From NCBI RefSeq assembly GCF_030013205.1, contig NZ_CP122648.1: 64,000 nucleotides of DNA; one strand, given 5' to 3'. Positions 59,616 to 64,000 of this stretch are shown here, piece after piece. Each line of letters begins with the position of its first letter. Position 1 is the stretch's first letter. The DNA is from Escherichia coli (lineage in GTDB: Bacteria; Pseudomonadota; Gammaproteobacteria; Enterobacterales; Enterobacteriaceae). Under the pieces are notes generated by a model. That model saw only the letters and a list, made by a program, of their open reading frames with translations. It had not been told where the DNA came from and made no database searches. A program made the translations under genes and the position numbers.

Positions 59616-60170
59616 ATTGCACAGGCCGTAAGAACCAACCACGACTGAATGAAACTGGACTGGCGCCAGCAAGCCTGTTCAGACTGGGGCTGAACTTTTC
59701 CGGACTCTGAAAGATTACCAATACTCATCGTCCATCCGCTTGCTTTAGGCTGACAGGTTCATAATCAACGCAAACCAGAGCTGTACAGGCTTGGGCGCGG
59801 CTTTCAAACCAGTCGTGATCACGGCAATCAATTTTGAACTCTGCTTAACGGACATTTCTGTATAACCCTTACGGCAACGAAAAACGCGAAGTTAAAATTT
59901 TAGAAACCCAAAAACGTGACATGACTAAGTTTAGATTTCAGGGGGGAGATCAAAAAATTTCGCTCTGTGCCAGAGCGGACATTCACGGAGCTGGTTCATT
60001 ACCAATGAGGTTGGGCTTTTGAGGATAAATCAATGATCAGACGCCAACGTAAATCAAAAGCAACCCTGGAACGGAATTGCTAATCCAGTTTCTGACCATC
60101 GATTTTTCTAAAAAGTGTGCGTTTGCTACTACTTAGGTAGGTGCAGCTTTCTTAATCACCGGCAGCCACG

Positions 60171-60502
60171 TTATACAGGCCAGTTGATGGATCGATTGTT
60201 ATCAATGATATCTTTATGAGTCGGTGTCTCACCCAGCTTACCGAAGCTGGCATAAAGTGAAGGCAGACGGGCCCGTCCTTCTCCCTTTTTCGCCAGAGGG
60301 AAAGCGCGAAGCATGGTGGCAGCCTCCCAGTCACAACAATAGGATGGTGTGCACGGCTGCTGACGCCATGATTCAGCGATAGAGCCGGAAAATACGGGGT
60401 CAAAGCCGGTATCATTAACCAGAGTCATCGTGACCTGTACTGCGGCTGGATGATCTCCTGCTACTGCAACTGCTAGGCGACCGCGGCTCCCTTCAGGTAG
60501 TC
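60171..60502 (-). pseudogene. 3' remnant of a gene truncated by IS911 (possibly yjhV-like)
   Basis: Open frame runs into the IS911 right end at about 60503; only about 110 C-terminal codons lie outside the IS. Confidence 0.3.
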
Positions 60503-60510
60503 TGTTGTGG

Positions 60511-61417
<907 letters not shown>

Positions 61418-62638
61418 TGTAGATTCAATTGGTCAACGCAACAGTTATGTGAAAACATGGGGTTGCGGAGGTTTTTTGAATGAGACGAACATTTACAGCA
61501 GAGGAAAAAGCCTCTGTTTTTGAACTATGGAAGAACGGAACAGGCTTCAGTGAAATAGCGAATATCCTGGGTTCAAAACCCGGAACGATCTTCACTATGT
61601 TAAGGGATACTGGCGGCATAAAACCCCATGAGCATAAGCGGGCTGTAGCTCACCTGACACTGTCTGAGCGCGAGGAGATACGAGCTGGTTTGTCAGCCAA
61701 AATGAGCATTCGTGCGATAGCTACTGCGCTGAATCGCAGTCCTTCGACGATCTCACGTGAAGTTCAGCGTAATCGGGGCAGACGCTATTACAAAGCTGTT
61801 GATGCTAATAACCGAGCCAACAGAATGGCGAAAAGGCCAAAACCGTGCTTACTGGATCAAAATTTACCATTGCGAAAGCTTGTTCTGGAAAAGCTGGAGA
61901 TGAAATGGTCTCCAGAGCAAATATCAGGATGGTTAAGGCGAACAAAACCACGTCAAAAAACGCTGCGAATATCACCTGAGACAATTTATAAAACGCTGTA
62001 CTTTCGTAGCCGTGAAGCGCTACACCACCTGAATATACAGCATCTGCGACGGTCGCATAGCCTTCGCCATGGCAGGCGTCATACCCGCAAAGGCGAAAGA
62101 GGTACGATTAACATAGTGAACGGAACACCAATTCACGAACGTTCCCGAAATATCGATAACAGACGCTCTCTGGGGCATTGGGAGGGCGATTTAGTCTCAG
62201 GTACAAAAAACTCTCATATAGCCACACTTGTAGACCGAAAATCACGTTATACGATCATCCTTAGACTCAGGGGCAAAGATTCTGTCTCAGTAAATCAGGC
62301 TCTTACCGACAAATTCCTGAGTTTACCGTCAGAACTCAGAAAATCACTGACATGGGACAGAGGAATGGAACTGGCCAGACATCTAGAATTTACTGTCAGC
62401 ACCGGCGTTAAAGTTTACTTCTGCGATCCTCAGAGTCCTTGGCAGCGGGGAACAAATGAGAACACAAATGGGCTAATTCGGCAGTACTTTCCTAAAAAGA
62501 CATGTCTTGCCCAATATACTCAACATGAACTAGATCTGGTTGCTGCTCAGCTAAACAACAGACCGAGAAAGACACTGAAGTTCAAAACACCGAAAGAGAT
62601 AATTGAAAGGGGTGTTGCATTGACAGATTGAATCTACA
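61418..62638 (+). mobile_element. IS30, complete 1221-bp copy with 2-bp target duplication
   Basis: Ends TGTAGATTCAATTGGTCAACGCAACAG ... CTGTTGCATTGACAGATTGAATCTACA; GT at 61416-61417 and 62639-62640. Confidence 0.9.
61480..62631 (+). CDS. insI: IS30 transposase
   Basis: 383-aa ORF, canonical IS30 transposase. Confidence 0.92.
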   Translation: MRRTFTAEEKASVFELWKNGTGFSEIANILGSKPGTIFTMLRDTGGIKPHEHKRAVAHLTLSEREEIRAGLSAKMSIRAIATALNRSPSTISREVQRNRGRRYYKAVDANNRANRMAKRPKPCLLDQNLPLRKLVLEKLEMKWSPEQISGWLRRTKPRQKTLRISPETIYKTLYFRSREALHHLNIQHLRRSHSLRHGRRHTRKGERGTINIVNGTPIHERSRNIDNRRSLGHWEGDLVSGTKNSHIATLVDRKSRYTIILRLRGKDSVSVNQALTDKFLSLPSELRKSLTWDRGMELARHLEFTVSTGVKVYFCDPQSPWQRGTNENTNGLIRQYFPKKTCLAQYTQHELDLVAAQLNNRPRKTLKFKTPKEIIERGVALTD

Positions 62639-62904
62639 GTAGCCTTTTTTAATATTTCATTCTCCATTTCAATGCGTTGTAGCTTTTTCCTCAGCTTACG
62701 TATTTCGATTTGTTCTGGTGTTATCGGAGAGGCTTTTGGTGTTTTGCCCTGACGCTCATCACGCAGTTGTTTGACCCATCTTGTCATTGTGGAAAGGCCA
62801 ACATCCATAGCTTTGGCGGCATCTGCCACCGTGTATGTCTGGTCAACAACCAGTTGAGCGGATTCGCGTTTAAACTCTGCGCTAAAATTTCTTTTTTTCA
62901 TTGG
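62551..62904 (-). pseudogene. insN: IS911 orfA (InsN), 3' end replaced by read-through into IS30
   Basis: [21 protein letters not shown]...EILKKAT then sequence diverges at the IS30 junction (62638/62639). Confidence 0.7.
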
Positions 62905-63001
62905 AGCACCTGTGTTGTTCTGAGGTGAGCATATCACCTCTGTTCAGGTGGCCAAATTCAGTAAACCACTTCACCACTTCAGAGCAGACGAGACAAAAAG
63001 A

Positions 63002-63574
63002 ATGGTTGACGCATCAGCTCAACCCCATATAGTTGTAACACTTGAGCCAAACCCTTGGGCCGCTTTTTACTTTGATATTAACATTGCTAATACAGGGAAC
63101 GCACCTGCCTATAATGTTGAGGTTGTGTTTGATCCTCCACTAGTAAATGCGGAGCATAGAGAAAAAAGTGAGATTCCGTTTAGTAAGGTAAGCGTGTTAA
63201 AAAATGGGCAATCACTTACCAGCAATCTCTGTAAGTATGAACAAATCAAAGATCAAATTTATAATATTAATATAAGCTGGGCAAGCAAACCTAAATCAAA
63301 CGATAGAGAAACAAATGAATATGTGTATGACATGGCGACATTTGAAGGAATAAGTTATCTAGGAGCGAGAAGCCCATTGACGCAAATTGCAGAACAAATT
63401 AAAGGTATAAGAGAGGATTGGAAACCTATTGCACAAGGAGCTAAAAAAGTAAAAGCAGACGTATATACTTCAAGCGATAGAAACGAAGAACGCACGTATC
63501 TGCAAGAGCAACACGATTTGGCAATAAAAAGGAGAGATGAGAAAAGAGAAAAAAGATTAGAGTCTGGTGAATAA
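63002..63574 (+). CDS. Hypothetical protein, AT-rich; possibly 5'-truncated by IS911
   Basis: About 190-aa ORF; the frame stays open back into the IS911 end (ORF-track start 62948), so the N-terminus is uncertain; no recognisable family. Confidence 0.35.
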   Translation: MVDASAQPHIVVTLEPNPWAAFYFDINIANTGNAPAYNVEVVFDPPLVNAEHREKSEIPFSKVSVLKNGQSLTSNLCKYEQIKDQIYNINISWASKPKSNDRETNEYVYDMATFEGISYLGARSPLTQIAEQIKGIREDWKPIAQGAKKVKADVYTSSDRNEERTYLQEQHDLAIKRRDEKREKRLESGE

Positions 63575-63622
63575 TTTTAAAGGGAGTGGGTAACTAACCC
63601 ACTCGTAACTATAAACCTGTAA

Positions 63623-64000
63623 TTAATCACTTATTTTTGACAACAGATAATTACTGAACGCACTGCAAGTGACTAACATAAATTTAGCTTCAGCTAAGGT
63701 AGGATTTACATCTTCTTCTGTTAGCGCATGACGTATTCCACCCTGATCACTTGTATAACCATAGAGCTGACTAAAAGCGCCTTTCATTGCAGAGTGTATA
63801 TATCCTTTTTCCTCTATAGCTTTAAGACAAGCCCCCAAGGTTCCTTTATCATTGCCCGTGATTTTCCTGCATAAAGATTCAATTGCAGAGATAGACTCTT
63901 TAATCGAGTTTCTGTAGTCTGGCTGCTCTCTATCCGTCATTAGTTGTAACGCCCTTTCGAAATGGCTACGCGATGAATCAGTGCCATTATCAACTGCGTT
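63623..64000 (-). CDS. Hypothetical protein, 3' portion; ORF appears to continue past the window edge
   Basis: The frame is open from 64000 down to the stop at 63623; the Met at 63940 may be internal; no recognisable family. Confidence 0.35.
   Translation of the reverse strand, partial: NAVDNGTDSSRSHFERALQLMTDREQPDYRNSIKESISAIESLCRKITGNDKGTLGACLKAIEEKGYIHSAMKGAFSQLYGYTSDQGGIRHALTEEDVNPTLAEAKFMLVTCSAFSNYLLSKISD

Overview
This window reads as an Escherichia coli chromosomal segment, in reverse orientation relative to how I remember K-12, and I could not pin down one definitive novel system in it. The conserved backbone is opgB(partial)-lgoDRT-tsr-btsT-yjiX-yjiA, then mdtM-yjiNML-yjiKJ-kptA-yjiHG-iadA-hypT-iraD-yjiC-uxuRBA-gntP, the complete type 1 fimbrial locus (fimHGFDCIA, fimS switch, fimE, fimB), nanCMS, and fecIRABCDE. 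Three accessory regions interrupt it. (1) Where K-12 carries the Immigration Control Region (mrr-hsdRMS-mcrBC) between yjiA and mdtM, this window has only a BrnT/BrnA toxin-antitoxin pair and one IS1 copy with no target-site duplication. (2) Between nanS and fecI there is an HNH-nuclease gene, a CP4-like prophage remnant (RadC-like, antirestriction, DUF932), IS66- and IS3-family fragments and a secreted phytase-like lipoprotein gene. (3) Beyond fecE there is an IS911 copy interrupted by IS30, followed by two visibly AT-rich ORFs of unknown function, one of which runs off the window edge. An intact IS2 with a 5-bp duplication sits in the nanC-fimB regulatory region, and the fim switch appears to be in the phase-OFF orientation. 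The best candidates for something undescribed are the standalone HNH-nuclease locus (46.1-47.1 kb), the AT-rich ORF pair at the window end, and a small DUF3343-like ORF translationally coupled to yjiL. All family assignments come from reading the translated ORFs and from memory of E. coli gene families; no database search was run.
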